From: Bugula neritina
Lineage: Eukaryota > Animalia > Bryozoa
DNA: 64,000 nucleotides
NCBI GenBank assembly: GCA_964035545.1
Contig: OZ037765.1
Span: forward strand, 26,845,504 to 26,909,503
Direction: 5' to 3'
A model generated the notes under the pieces. That model worked only from the letters and a program-made list of their open reading frames with translations, made no database searches and had not been told where the DNA came from. Positions 40,101 to 54,389 of this stretch are shown one piece after another; positions within the stretch are counted from its first letter, which is position 1; each line of letters begins with the position of its first letter. The position numbers and the translations under genes were made by a program.

Positions 40101-42839
40101 GTATATAATGTATATATAAGGGTAGCAATATAATAAATTAAAGCCAGAACTTTTACCTCTTTCCATTTGTGGCCTTTGGGAGCGACGGGCACCTTAGAAC
40201 CCTTACTACAATTGATAATGACATCTTCTGGTTGCACTCGTCTCTTTAACATGCCCATTTTAGGATGCTGGCCGCGACCCCTGAACAACCCTGGAGGTTC
40301 TACTCTGAAGTTACCAATCTTTTCTTTGTGGCCATCAATAGTACAGTAGCCATATATTTCAACAAGCTTCTCATTTTCAGCTTTCTCTTTCTACAAACAA
40401 ATATGAAATAATATTATGTAAAAAAACAAGAAAATTTTCAGAGAGATTGTTATGGCAAGCCGATATATTTGTACAAGTACCTGCTTCTCTTCTTTTGATC
40501 GTGCCTTTCTCTTCTCTGACTGGTCGGTGAAGTAGGCGTGCATCTTCTTGAAGTTGCATTTTCCTAAGTCTGTGATCAGCTCCCGTTCTTTTGGAGTCAT
40601 AACCTTCCTCCAGTCTTTAAAGAAGTTCTTGTTGAACACATCCATAGATGTATAATCGTGGAGCAACATTTTAGCATAAAACCCAGCGACTTCTTCAGCA
40701 TTTTCAGAAAGAGAGATTTCCTTTCCTTCAAACAAATGAGTTTACAGCTTGAGCTATTATCTATCAGTAAAGACTGAAGAGTATAATTTTACTTGAAGTG
40801 AATCATTGAACTATTTTTCAAACGATATCATCAATTTGATTAAATTTTACATTTTTGGTGCAAATACAGACAAACGCTCTGATTAGTCTAATACAAAGAT
40901 GACATTAGAAATTTTGAATTACTTTTTGATCAGAAAAGTAAAAATAAACAATTAGCCAAGTTTGAGGTCTTATCAATACATGAACTTAGTGAGTGGATTA
41001 TTCTTATATTGCAATAGCGTACAGCATATTTAGTAAACAAAAGTACTCTACCATCGTAGACGAGTTTGACATGCTTGGGTAGTGGCTCGTACTCCGGGGC
41101 AAACACGGGTCCCATGTGCTCAAGGGTCTTCCACTTTTTACCATCATTGGTTTTCTCTTCTTCCCACCATTTCCACACCTCCTTCTGCTCTTGCTCTCTG
41201 GCCAATTCCCTCTTTGTCTTTTTCTTATCAGGAGATGTGGCGGGTTCCGCCTTTACATTCTGAAAAATACAGAATTTTTCATTTAAGTTGATGGGACATT
41301 TTACAAACAATTTGTGGAATTTCTGGCAAAGTCGATGGAAGCACAGATAGCAATATAAACAAACCTTTGACCCTGCAGCAGCCTTGGACTGTGCTTTGGT
41401 TTTGGATTTTACTGCTGGCTTTTCTTCCTTCTTTACCTTCTTTGGTTTCGATGCACTAAAAGATTAATATTCAAAATACAGACAACAAAATGGTTCAATC
41501 CTTTTTAATATGTAATTAGTCTCATAGATATAGGAGTATTGCTATTGCCTACAACATGCAAATTTCATTAACACTATAACATTTTTATTTAAAAGTTTTA
41601 GGATTAAAAGGATAATCAAACTAAATACACATGTTCCATTTTCAACGTATTTGATAACCTCTCACCTTGCACCAGGTCCATAGTCCTCGTCAGCCTCATC
41701 GTCACTTTTATTGGCAGCACGTTTTCTAGATGCCTGCACAATGACACAATATTTGTCACACATAGTACAAAGATGCACACCAGAAACAATTTTTACCAAA
41801 TAACCAGCTATTACAAATGACTGAAAGTAGGTAAGTTAACTAAATTAAAATACGAGTTGAAAACTTTAGTTATTATCAAAACAAACTGTGGCAATTAATA
41901 TGAATGGGATAATCATAATGAGATTAAATGAGATCGTTATTTTTTGTACATACCATTTTGAATTGAACACGACACTAACACAGTAAAACTTCTAAATACA
42001 ATTTAAGCACACATAACTTTCACACTGGTATAAACACCAGTAACCGACAAATATATCATATTATACATGAAACGTTCAGTATTCTCAACAAGCAATTCAT
42101 GTATATGAGCATAACTGACGTAATAAATGTAAAACTTCGATGACTAACCGTAGGCTTCACATCTTCAAAATCTTCAGTCTTCACATCCATTTCCTCTTCA
42201 TTATAAGATTTGATTTGGGCAGAAGCTCGCCTGGGTAACCCAGCGGGTGCATCGGGCTCAGACTTGACCTGCGCAACAGGCGCCTCACTGCTGCTGGATT
42301 TGTGTGAAGACTTATGCTTGTCTTTGTGCTTGTCTTTTTTGTGCTGGCAAATAGAGCAAACTTGTATACCTACTCACATCTCCACCAATATCAAGAATAT
42401 GCTTTGATGCATGTCAAAGACAACCATACAGCATAATGAGCATAATAAAGTTATTTATAGCTTCGAATCTTCTTGTTTCTATCTACCTTCTTCTCCTTTT
42501 TGCGTTTATGTTCTTTGTGTTCCTTGTGCTTCTTTTCTTTATGACTTTTGTGAGACTTGTGCGCCTTTCCCGGTTCACCTGTAGTATGATGAAATGTAAC
42601 ATTTATATCTCTCAAGCTATGAGAGAAAGTATGAGCTCATTAAATTTTATAGGTGGATAATGTAATTCTACTTGCCATCAAAGCCATTTGTACCATTTGG
42701 CAGTCCATTGCTAACAGAAAGCACGCCTGCATCTAAAGCACATAATTACATATACATATTTTATAATAAATTATAGACGATGAATTACAAGGACTGAGAT
42801 GAACATTTTGATTAATGAAAACAATCTCTTACCAGCCAT
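37106..42839 (-). CDS. TOP1: DNA topoisomerase I (type IB)
   Basis: Exons 42839-42833, 42732-42676, 42578-42487, 42343-42149, 41733-41666, 41455-41365, 41259-41052, 40725-40481, 40390-40157, 39810-39573, 39137-38978, 38717-38618, 38499-38385, 38224-38002, 37745-37667, 37285-37106. All catalytic motifs present: [42 protein letters not shown]-rich N-terminus. Confidence 0.97.
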
Positions 42840-43899
42840 TTCCCGGTGCTCTTGGAGGTTACCTAAATACCTAAAACAGTAGCATAGGTAAAAGCACACA
42901 AAAATCTCTATTAAAAAGTTGTACTAAGCACATACAAAACAAATGATGTTACAAAAATCATGATTACTTATATATTCTTGTAGCAACACAACCTATACGG
43001 TTAGGCACAGCTCAGACAACTACATATTAGCTATTAGTATCATATTTAGCAATTGAGAGTCTTTTAACAAAATAAAGCCTTTTGACTAAAGTCCCCAACT
43101 GATCTCAGAAAAGGTGAAACCTAAGCTTTTTCAATTAGCAGCAAAAGCTTCTGCTTCAATTCTAATTCCGCTGATTAAACCACTGTTGTGAAAAATAAAT
43201 TCTGCTCAAAGGGTTACGCTTTTCAAAAAATTTAAGTATTGCTTTTATCAACTTAGCCTAAATATTTTGATCAGTTTCTTTTTCATTCTTTACCGTGAAG
43301 CACCTATTAAAAAGTTTAGCACAACTACTTTCAACTAAATACCAGCCTATAGGATTTAAATTTACATTTGACCAATTATAACTCATTCAAACAAATACAT
43401 TGCAGAGCTAAGTACTTATATTAGTTGAAAATACAACTTGTTTTAGTAATAAATTGAAAATTATTAATTATAAATTCAACTATACAGTTTTAGGTTGATT
43501 AATATATCCCACTCTAAGTTGTAGCAGAAAAACAATTGCTGATTAATTTGTAAAATTCAAATACAACTTCGCAAATAGACAGCAAAAAGTTTTTAATTGA
43601 ACTAATTACAAAAAAATTAACTAAAATTAACTCAACTATATTATGAGGACAATAATCCACATATAGTTACAACTGAAATGCAAATAAAGTGTATTATGAT
43701 ATAAAAACAACCAAACCTCAAAATGCAAATATTGATATTACAAATATAAACCTGACAAAATATAAAACTGATATCTTTCTAAATAGCTATACTCAAACTA
43801 CATAGATGATGATGATCACATTGTTAGCAAACCTATTATTTCAACTGATATATATTTTCATTAATAAAATAATTTGCCTTTAAAATCCAAATAATATTA

Positions 43900-45240
43900 A
43901 ACACATAATACAATTGCATAACATAACTATTGGTATTAATTATTATTAAATATATTATTATCATTATGAAAAATATTTAATATGACTATCACACTATCAC
44001 TATGAGTTAATGAACCGAAATGAGAATTTCAAGGACTCATTTCGATAATTGAAAAGTCATGTCTGACTACCACTACTAGTATGTACTTCTACTGACAACT
44101 ATTAGTATTAGTATTATACTAGTATAGGTATGTAAATATAACAGTTGATAGAACATTAAGTTTAACTCTATAAAGTACTGTAAGTTAAAGTATAACAAGT
44201 ACAAACAAACTCAATAAGTATAACATTACCTTTAACAGTATAACTAATATTAGTTAGCTATCGCTATTGATTCTAAAATAAAATTATAATTATAAGATCA
44301 AGTTAAAGTATAACTAATACTATTATTACACATACTGATACTGTTACACTTACCGTTAGCGTTAACTTTAAGTTTATTTCCATTGCTATAAGATTTATAT
44401 TAACTTTAAGTTTAAGTAATAGTATTACTATTAGTATTAGCATCATATTAATATTTGTTGTTACTACAGCAATATCTGTAGAGTGTAATGTTTTAGTTTT
44501 ACATTTACTCTTAGTCTTACTGTAAGTGTAATTCAGACTGTAAGACTAAGTGTTAGTGTATGTGTAACACTAACCCGAAGACTAAAAGTAAGTAAAAATG
44601 TTACAATCACAGTAACTGTAACACTAACTGTAAGTGCAAGATTAACTTCAAGACTAAGTGTTAGGTTAAAATTTTAGAAAGTTCTAGCTTAGACCAGGGG
44701 CGGGCAACTTCTCTTGTTCAAGGGAAGAGTTCAAGAGTCAGCTAAAACAAAGGGCCACATGATTGTACCTATATTAAATTTTATTATAACAAACTTAAAG
44801 TAATCTTTCACTAAACCTATGCTGTGCTAATCAGAGTAACAATGGCAGTTCTTACTTAGCTTTATTAAAAGAGCCACTGAAAAACGGGCAAAGGGCCACA
44901 GGTAGACTAAGAGTAAGAGTAACACTAACTTTAAGTTTATCATAACTAAAACGTCTAAGATAAACTTGAAGAATGAGAGTAAGAATTAAATTTACAGTTA
45001 CAGTTAGTATTACTCACTTAGAAATTAGTGTTACACTTTGACTTAGTCTTACTCATACTGTAAGTGTAACACTAACTTTATCTGCAAGTGTAAGACTAAA
45101 AGTAAGAATAATAGTAATACTATTAAGTAATACTAATTGTAATAATAAGACTAACTCTAAGAGTAACTGTAAGTCAAAACAAAAGTGTAACTTAAAGTTA
45201 AAGTTAACCTGTACTAACACTAACAACACAAACTTGGTCA
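43900..45240. repeat. Periodic hexamer-register tract (TWASWS-like) in TOP1 5'UTR intron
   Basis: For example ttagtc-ttactg-taagtg-taattc-agactg-taagac-taagtg-ttagtg-tatgtg-taacac keeps a 6-bp register over long stretches. Confidence 0.8.
44695..44903. mobile_element. Truncated non-autonomous hAT (Charlie-like) element
   Basis: Starts CAGGGGCGGGCAAC (resembles hAT-Charlie termini) after GCTTAGAC; internal repeated AAAGGGCCACA; interrupts the periodic tract. No intact right TIR seen. Confidence 0.45.
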
Positions 45241-45392
45241 ATTGAATGAATTTGGTAATTTCAATAAAGCACAAATACAAATTTAGATCTAATATTTTCA
45301 TGTAACAAAATGTAACATTTATGGCAGTCACAGAATGAGAGTCATTATGAAGTAATAAACCTTTATTCGAACTCATCGTGATAAAATTCTTA

Positions 45393-45700
45393 CCAAATTT
45401 TACAAGTTGAAAAATGAAAGAATTGCGCAGGCGCGCGAGTAGATAATGCCCGGATAAGACTTAAAAATAAAAGTAGGATGTCAATTTGTACCAAATCAAA
45501 TAGCTAACCAGTAATTCTATATCAATTACAGGCGATACCTGACCACAAAAAGTTATAATGGACAAAACCGGCACCCTTTCTAAAAGCAATGTGCGTTGTG
45601 GTGAGAGAAAACATGTTCATCATCGGCCCTCAGTCTACTTGTTTTTCAGTGAACGTTGACATTGTAATAATTTCAAGTAACGTGTGCAGGATTATCTTTT
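45393..45700. promoter_or_regulatory. Putative bidirectional promoter of TOP1 (-) and GTF2F1 (+)
   Basis: CpG patch with NRF1-like TGCGCAGGCGCGC (~45424-45436); minus donor-like TTG|GTAAGA near 45393 and plus donor-like CAA|GTAACG near 45675. Confidence 0.55.
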
Positions 45701-45949
45701 TGGCGTAATAATTTCAGACAAGAGTTGTCTGCTCTATTCCTTCATTCAACTAAGGACACTGTAACTTCCAAGGCCAATGTGAATGCCTAGTGGCTAGTCA
45801 CCTCTAAGAGATAATTACATTATTTCAACACAGTTTCACCATAAGATAGTTACAATTATGGTAATAACATCATTATTATTATAAGCGCCTAGCTGTGAAT
45901 TATTTAACTGAAATCAATTTTAGCCACCTTCTGTAACATTAAATTTAAC

Positions 45950-46554
45950 AAGTTTAATGAGTATCACTATCAGTATCACTATGATACTCACTATGACTAT
46001 CAGTATGACACTATGAGTATGACTATCACTATGATACTCTATGCCTATTGAGTATCAGTATCACTGCAAAATTAAGTTGATATAAAATTTAGTTCTCTGT
46101 TCTGTCGACATGTGTGTCTGTCACGTGGAGGTGGTGGTACTAGTAACTGTAGTAGTAGTAGTAGTAGTACTAGTAGTAGTAGTACTAGGAGTTGTAGTAG
46201 TATTGCTATTAGTAGACATGTTGACTAGTGGTAGTACTAATACTAATAGTAACACTAGTGGTAGTAGTAGGCTACTAGTACTACTACTATTTGTACTAGT
46301 GCTACCGATAGCCAACAACTACAAGTCTACTAGTACTACCAGTAGTATGTAAAAAGACCAAGCTGAAGCTAAAATTAAACTTTAGGTTATATAATAAATA
46401 ACAAAATTTGTAATTATTTTGAATTATAATAACATTATTATAAAGTCTATACTGTTATAGTTAAAAGTTCTACTAAAAACCAATATTATAAATATAATTT
46501 TATTTAAAGTTTACCAGTAACAAAAGCTAAGAGTAAGAGTAGGTCTACTGGTAC

Positions 46555-46586
<32 letters not shown>

Positions 46587-46600
46587 CTATTAGACATCAC
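45950..46600. repeat. Periodic tract plus (TAG)n microsatellites in GTF2F1 5'UTR intron
   Basis: agtatcactatcagtatcactatg runs; (GTA)n at ~46149-46186 and ~46551-46587. Confidence 0.85.
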
Positions 46601-46950
46601 CAATAAATAAATTAAATTTAAATTTTCTAGTTGTGGTAGAAGGTATTTAGTATTCACAGATTAGTTTATAGAATTTTGTATCATATTTACAGTCAACAAG
46701 TGACAGGCCTACTCATTAATTATGTGGAGTCTTATTGCACAAGTAATTAGCACTTTACTGGTACATGTATTTGGTGTGTGAGTATGCTTAAATCCTCAAA
46801 CTTAAAATCTTTGTATATATGCATTTTTAAAATAAACATTATTGCAGTATATTATTGGATCTATTTTCATATGTCTTATTATGGTGTTTCTAGGACTTCA
46901 GTACTTGAAACGTCATCAGACTCAAAACAGTGTAACAGTTTAAATCTGCA

Positions 46951-49900
46951 ATGGCAGCTCAGGTTAGTATATTTACAGCTGTCATTCTATTTTGATTTCT
47001 TTTTTTTTTCTTTAACCAATAATTTCTGTTTGTTAAATATTATCTTTCTTTGCAGGCTCAGCAGAGTGGTGCTACTAAGTCATTTACAGTTATAGCCCAA
47101 AGGTAGCCTCTCACCTTTCTTTATTGTTTCTATATTTTTTATAATATTGTATTCTGTGTTTTCGGCTATGGAATATTTTGTCATTGATGCACTATTCCGA
47201 AAAAATACTAAGCTACTAAAGTCTTAACTTGGTAGAACAGGTTACTTATACATAGTACATTATTATCTTTTCTCCATCACTCTAACAAGCCAACTTTTGC
47301 AGTCACCTAAATACACTAACACATTGGAAAACTTTCATTTAATACTTATGTTTAATATAAATATTTTGTAAAATATTGCACCATGGTACAGTTGCCGTTG
47401 TCTTTATTTATCTTTGCTCACAATATTGTTGCATAATTTTAGAGAATCAAAGAAGCGGGTTAGTGTGCTTCAATTTCAAAATGATCAAGGATTTGACAAA
47501 AGTGGACTTGTAAGTGAAATATTTTATTCGAGACAATAATGATTTAGATTATCATCTAAGAGTATGCATAAGTTGGGTTCCTTTTGCCAGTGCTCTCTAA
47601 GTTTTTTTTTCTGTAGAGTTTTCACCAAGATATTTTGTCAGCTACATGACTAAAAGAACTAGCGTCAGGTTTCACTGGAATATCCACATTATATTGTTAA
47701 TTTAACTAGTTTTGTGTTCATCAGTAACTATTTGGATCAAGTTCTGAATTCTGACTCACTTGTGAAATAGTATTTATATATTTGAATAAATGTATACTAC
47801 ATTGTTTTGATGTGCTAGATGATAAAATATATTTATTTTTGAGTTGTTGAATGACCTTACAGAGTAGTTCTTCATTCATGACATTGCTTTGTACAGTTGT
47901 TCTTCACATCCTAATTATGATTAGCTTTTCTCTCTTTGCCCTGTAGGTATCATTAGCTAGAGAAAATAACCTAAAGGAGTATAGATCTGCCTATAATATA
48001 GATTCAATGCCCACTACTGGTGCTGGTAGTGAGTTTGGGCGTGAGGCTAAAGAAGAAGCTAGAAGAAGGAAGTTTGGATATATTAGAAAAAAATACAATT
48101 CAGAAGCCCAACCATGGCTGATGCAATTAGGAGCTGAAAAGACTTCAAAAAAGTGTGTATTGAATTGTTTTGGTATAACATCCCTGTAGTTAGTGCTAAA
48201 ATAGCTAGTTGCATATCTTATGTATAAATTACAGTACAAAGCATCAATTGCTATTCATTTCAGTCATATATTTTTATTATTAGTATATATGTTAGAATCA
48301 CCATAACCGCTATTGATCTGGGCTAACAGTTCAACAAAAAAATGGTTTGCTAAATGTGCTTCATAAACTCAAGAACACAAATTTAAGAGTTGGTACCATT
48401 AATTTGTTAAAACGTTTCAATATGTTTTTAATAGATTGGTTTTACCCATCATTTTAAACACATTTGAAAATGTATCAAGTGCTTCTAGTAAACATATCTA
48501 TCATAGAACTCAGTCTTGGCGCACACACATTTGGCACGCATATTTCTGCATGCATCATACCAGGAGTCACTCTAAGTTGGAGTTTTTTAAACAGAATACA
48601 TTTCAACAAATGGTTGTTTTGTTTGCTGTTTGACTTTAAATATTGATATGAAGTCTGGTTGAATGAAATTAACAATAAAAATGTGTTTACTTGTTTCTAT
48701 GATTGTGTTAACATATTGATTATTGTGATAGGTTTTATAGTGTATATACTATATATAAATGCTAATTTAAGGTTTAAAGGAACTCGGAACGGCGGAATAT
48801 TAGAAAATGCTTCATATTTCATATTCACCAAGAATAAAGACGGGATGTTTGAGGCTACGCCCGTGGAGGAGTGGTACAACTTCAAGTCAACTGTGTCGTA
48901 CAACAACCTCAATGCTGAAGAGGCAGAAGAAGAATTTGCTAGGTTAGTATGTCCACTTGGTGAATTTCTCTGTGTTATCTAGATCAGCTGGCTTAATTCC
49001 ATGCTTATTTTTCAGTACTTGTATCATTTTTATGTGCTGTTGAAAATACTTCAGTCACTGAGCAGGTAAATATGTTGTAAAAATATGATGCAATAGCTAG
49101 AATTTTTTCCATGACCTCGCACTACTTTCATGTTGAAAATGTTTTTATAGGTTTCTTGTTTTGTAAATAATAATGTTGCCTTTTATTTACAGGCGAGACA
49201 AAAACTTAAACATGTTCAACATCATGGTTAGAAAGCGTATAAAGAAAGAAGATGAACCTGAAGAAGATGACAAGGGGAAGGTGAAGAAGGAGGTGAAATC
49301 CAAGTCACTGGTAAGATATGCAATACTGTGTTCCTACTGCACCTTCTGTATACAGTCTAGAGTCTAGTGTATATGTAGTGTACTGTATATGTAGTCTACT
49401 GTATATGTAGTCTATTGTATATGTAGTCTACTGTATATGTAGTCTAGTGTATATGTAGTCTACTGTATATGTAGTCTACTGTATATGTAGTCTACTGTAT
49501 ATGTAGTCTATTGTATATACAGTCTACTGTATATGTAGTCTACTGTATATGTAGTCTACTGTATATGTAGTCTATTGTATATGTAGTCTACTGTATATGT
49601 AGTCTATTGTATATACAGTCTACTGTATATGTAGTCTACTGTATATGTAGTCTACTGTATATGTAGTATACTGTATATGTAGTGTACTGTATATGTAGTC
49701 TACTGTATATGTAGTGTACTGTATATGTAGTCTACTGTATATGTAGTCTACTGTATATGTAGTGTACTGTATATGTAGTGTACTGTATTATGTAGTCTAC
49801 TGTATATGTAGTCTACTGTATATGTAGTCTACTGTATATGTAGTCTACTGTATATGTAGTCTACTGTATATGTAGTCTACTGTATATGTAGTCTACTGTA

Positions 49901-52900
49901 TATGTAGTCTACTGTGTATGTAGTCTACTGTGTATGTAGTCTACTGTATATGTAGTCTACTGTATATGTAGTGTACTGTATATGTAGTCTACTGTATATG
50001 TAGTCTATTGTATATGTAGTCTACTGTATATGTAGTCTACTGTATATGTAGTCTACTGTATATGTAGTCTACTGTATATGTAGTCTACTGTATATGTAGT
50101 CTACTGTATATGTAGTCTACTGTATATGTAGTCTACTGTATATGTAGTCTACTGTATATGTAGTCTACTGTATATGTAGTCTACTGTATATGTAGTCTAC
50201 TGTATATGTAGTCTACTGTATATGTAGTCTACTGTATATGTAGTCTACTGTATATGTAGTCTACTGTATATGTAGTCTACTGTATATGTAGTCTACTGTA
50301 TATGTAGTCTACTGTATATGTAGTGTACTGTATATGTAGTGTACTGTATATGTAGTGTACTGTATATGTAGTGTACTGTTTATGTAGTCTATTGTATATG
50401 TAGTCTACTGTATATGTAGTCTACTGTATATGTAGTCTACTGTATATGTAGTCTACTGTATATGTAGTCTACTGTATATGTAGTCTACTGTGTATGTAGT
50501 CTATTGTATATGCTTATCCTTAGATGTTAACTGAAATGGAGGACTGGGCAGATCTCTCGGATGAAGATGGTGATGTGGGTGTTGGAGGAAATGACAGCGA
50601 TAGTTCTATAAGTAAGTCTGTTTGTTTACACTCTTATATTATTGACTTACCTTATATTCTCATGTGTGGTCTGTGATAGGTAACTCTATGCTTCAAATGG
50701 TAGTTCTTTCTTATGGTGAAACCTCGTAAGACGCGTATTTTTCAGATTATATATAAACTTAGCACGTAGAATCGCTATGGATTCAACTCTGTATACTCGA
50801 GAGAATTTATATATCTATGGGAATCACGTAAATCACATACTTTGATTTTTCTCATGAAGTTCATTTCTTTTCTTTCTAATAAAACCTACAAAATATTCTC
50901 ACGGATATAAATTTTTCTATCAAGCACGATTAGTAGCCTTGCTCGTGCCTATATGCTCTTTTATATATCTTTGGCAAAGTCATGATATAGCCAAAAATTG
51001 AACTTGTAGTTTTAACAATTTTTGCATTTAGTTGGCTCTTATTAATCTAAAATGTGATGTAAGCTCTCATATTTCTTGATAATTGTTAACATTTTACATG
51101 CAGATGGCACCAAGGTAAAAGGTAAAAAAGGTAAAAGCAAGAAAAAGAAGGAGAAAGACACAGATGATGAAGCAGTAGAAGATAGTGATGATGGGGATAT
51201 GGAAGCAAAGCAAGTGGATTACATGTCTGATACTAGTAACAGGTTAGTTGGTTGTTTATTCGTGTATCTTATACTAGTGTTACTAATATAGTATTTGTGT
51301 AATGTTGGGTTCATCATGAATACGCTAGATTACTGTTCTTACTATCATTACCATTTTATTTGCACTAGTGGCATTATTAAATAAATTTTATACTATAAAG
51401 ATTGATCAAAAATTTAAATCAAAACTTTTGTATTTTTACAGCCAATACTGTAATATGCTTTTAGTAATTCAATTTGAGCCCAGGCTGATATTTTAACTCT
51501 GTTTTGCTACAGTGATTCTGATATGGAGGGTAGAGCAGACAAATCCAAATACGAGGAAAAGGGTGTAGAAGATGAGGATGGTCTGAGAGATATTGTTGTG
51601 GAATCAGATGACGAAAAAGATAAAACGGAAAAGGATAAAAAAGAGGCAACTAAAGGTTGGAAAAAATTGTTTCAAGATTTTCTATCCTCAATTTTCAAAG
51701 CAAATATTTCTTTGAAGCATTTTATGGACACAGAAACATGATGTTAGTTGTTTCATGTAAGCTGTAAATATCTCTGAGACGTCTATATAATATTATAATC
51801 AATTGTTTGACACAACTTATAACCAAGTGCCATGTTACCTACATATGTAGACGATGTTCACACTATAATAAACAGTATATGCTATTATAATTTTATAGTA
51901 TAGGCATACACTGTTTGTATACTGTATCCTTCGTCTATATTGTGTGATATTGTGTGTTTAGCAGAGTCTGATGCCAGCTCCAGCAGCTCTGACAGCGACT
52001 CTGATGACCCTGATCGTAAGGATGACGAGTTTACAAAGGCCTTTCTCATGACCGGCTCTAAGAAAGAAAGAGGCAAATCCCCTGTGCCTCGCTCAGCCAC
52101 TCCGACTACAGATGATAGAAAGAGGAAGTTGCAAGCTTCTCCTCGAAGTTCCTCTCCTTTGTCCAAGAAGATAAAACAGGAGCCATTAGATGGGAAGTCG
52201 CTGTCTGTTCCCAGTGCTGACGCTAGACCAGTCACTCCTGTATCATCAAGCACATCCTCAGCTTCAAAGTAAGTTACCACAAAGTTTTCACTCCAACATA
52301 TCCAAGGTTTTAGCTCCTACTTCTCTAGAGTTGTGTTATTTAAAATTTTAGCATTATTAAAACACCTATTTTTGTGGGTGTGTAAAGGAGGACTGTATCT
52401 TGCAAGTATATGTAACAAACTGTTAGGGCTAGTAAAAGTTAACCAAGTTTTTATGTAGTTTTACTTGCTTCTGTATGGTCAAGCACTCTCAGTTTCTTAG
52501 GCTAAACTAATACTCAACTGTTATATGAATATATGAATGTGTAATAGAAAAAAATTGATTTATTTACAAACATACCTGTGCTTGTATCTGAGGAGAGTAA
52601 TACTGAATGAGAAAACGTGTTGTGTAACAGTGTTTTAGCAGTTGTTTTTCTAGATACTTTATTGTGTAATAGTGTTATTCTGTATATACTTTGTCTTACA
52701 GAGAAGGGCTTACTGAAGATGCTGTGCGTAGGTACTTATCTAGAAAGCCCATGTCTTCAAAGGATCTCTACAAGTTGTTTAAATCAAAGAAATTGGGTCT
52801 ATCAAATGAGGAGATTGTTAAGAGAATTACTAATATTATGAAAAAGCTCAACACCACACAGCAAAAAATTGGTGGAACTATACACTTTTCTCTGAGTAAC

Positions 52901-52903
52901 TGA
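46951..52903 (+). CDS. GTF2F1: General transcription factor IIF subunit 1 (RAP74)
   Basis: Exons 46951-46962, 47056-47102, 47443-47509, 47947-48152, 48772-48942, 49193-49310, 50524-50611, 51104-51242, 51513-51655, 51965(or 51962)-52268, 52702-52903. Motifs GAGSEFGREAKEEARRRKFG, QPWL, FKGTRNGG, PVEEWYNF, LNAEEAEEEFARR, DSDDGD...VDYMSD, and C-terminal winged helix EDAVRRYLSRKPMSSKDL. Confidence 0.95.
49361..50512. repeat. 16-bp minisatellite (GTATATGTAGTCTACT)n, about 70 copies
   Basis: Homogeneous tandem array with variants (GTGTACT, CTATTG, ATACAG) filling most of GTF2F1 intron 49311-50523. Confidence 0.97.
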
Positions 52904-54389
52904 ATTATGGGCATATGGCATAACTGCATTAATTTTGTATTATAGTTTTTATGTAAATATTTTCTGTAAAGTGTATGTTGGTTAGCCTAATTATGAGAAT
53001 TCTTATCTTGCACATTGCGAGATATGAAAAGTGAGATATGATGTTGTTATACTATATTGTTCTGTAATTTGTTTACATTTCACAATTTGAAACATGTTTT
53101 GGAAATTTTAATGAAATTATAATGTGATAGAAGTTATATTAGAATGATATAGGATGCGCTAGTTTCACTGTTGATGATGTTGCATAGCTTCAACTAGCAA
53201 TAAAGTTTCTCATCATTGGGACAGCATGTTGAAAATGTGCAGTACATTTCTAAAGATGTCTTGTGTATAATTCACCTCTAATCTTACTTTATGGCTTTTA
53301 CTAGTGATAAATTTGTGTTATGTGGAAAATGATTTGGAGTTATTTCCCCTCTCACAACAGTACTATATCCTACAGTAAAACAGCTTAAATACCTAGCTAT
53401 GTGGTAAGATTGCTTGGTTTCTGAGCATGAAGGGAAGATGTTATAAATTTATAATGCAACAGTTTTTACAAAGATGTCACCTAATGCAATTTAAAACATG
53501 CTCAAAATTCCAACATACGTACAACACAGAAATTTGCTGCTAATTCAACCTAGTTACTCATGAGAACATACTTTTTATATGCGGCTAGAGCACTGGCCTA
53601 GTTTGACACACTTCTATTAGGTCATGACCCTGAATCCAAACCAGGCTACTAGTGATGTCCTTAATAGTTTCTAATCTTAGCTCTCCCCATAAAGTATTAA
53701 TTGCTAGTTCGTCCCTTAGTTTGTTATAAAAAAACCTGTTGCCATTAAAGGAATAAACAGCTTTAGACAAACAGCAGTTTATACAAATGAGAACATCGCA
53801 ATCTTTAATGTAATTATGATTAACTGCACACATATTACAAAGCAAACATTAGAAAAAGCATTTTATGTCTATTTTAGTAGATTATTTGTATAATTCAAAT
53901 ACTGTAGAAAGACAAGGTATTGTTTTAAATGGGTTGATACAAATTTCTAAATCTAAACTATATGTAACAGTTCTAAATATTATGAGGCCACTTTACATCA
54001 TGACTTGTATTTTAATCAACTATATGTTCATTTATTTTTATTGACTTATTCAATAAAGTTGCAATATCAAAGTGGTACATCATGAAATTTAATACCTTTA
54101 GCTTTTCGCATATTTGGAGTTATCTTTTATAGTTGATCTAGACGCAAAATTGTTTAGATTTCTAACTGGGTCAAGGTTGGGTTGCCAAGCATCTCATACA
54201 CGTACAGCCATTTATATTGAATACTTTTTATTCCACACAGTAGTCATATGACACAGCTACTCGTACCTTCATTGCTGTATCTATTTTTTGTTCAAAATAA
54301 GTTTTCAACATCTAATGCTGTTTTGTTTTTTACATTTGATTAAACAGTTGAACACAGACAAAAATATAGACAATACAAAATAATTATGG

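Noticed and set aside
37106-40390. Possible camptothecin-resistance or inactivating substitutions in TOP1
   Set aside because: FRGRG, GKDS, WTENI and LNYLDP motifs and all catalytic residues are canonical.
49361-50512. Possible CRISPR-like array
   Set aside because: Head-to-tail 16-bp units with no unique spacers, inside a eukaryotic intron, with no cas genes.
50710-50950. CpG-richer intronic patch starting TATGGTGAAACCTCG, resembling a pogo/Tigger TIR
   Set aside because: No matching opposite TIR or coding remnant identified; too weak to call.
53585-53845. 86-aa minus-strand ORF between GTF2F1 and the kelch gene
   Set aside because: No recognisable motif or consistent splice sites; within chance expectation.
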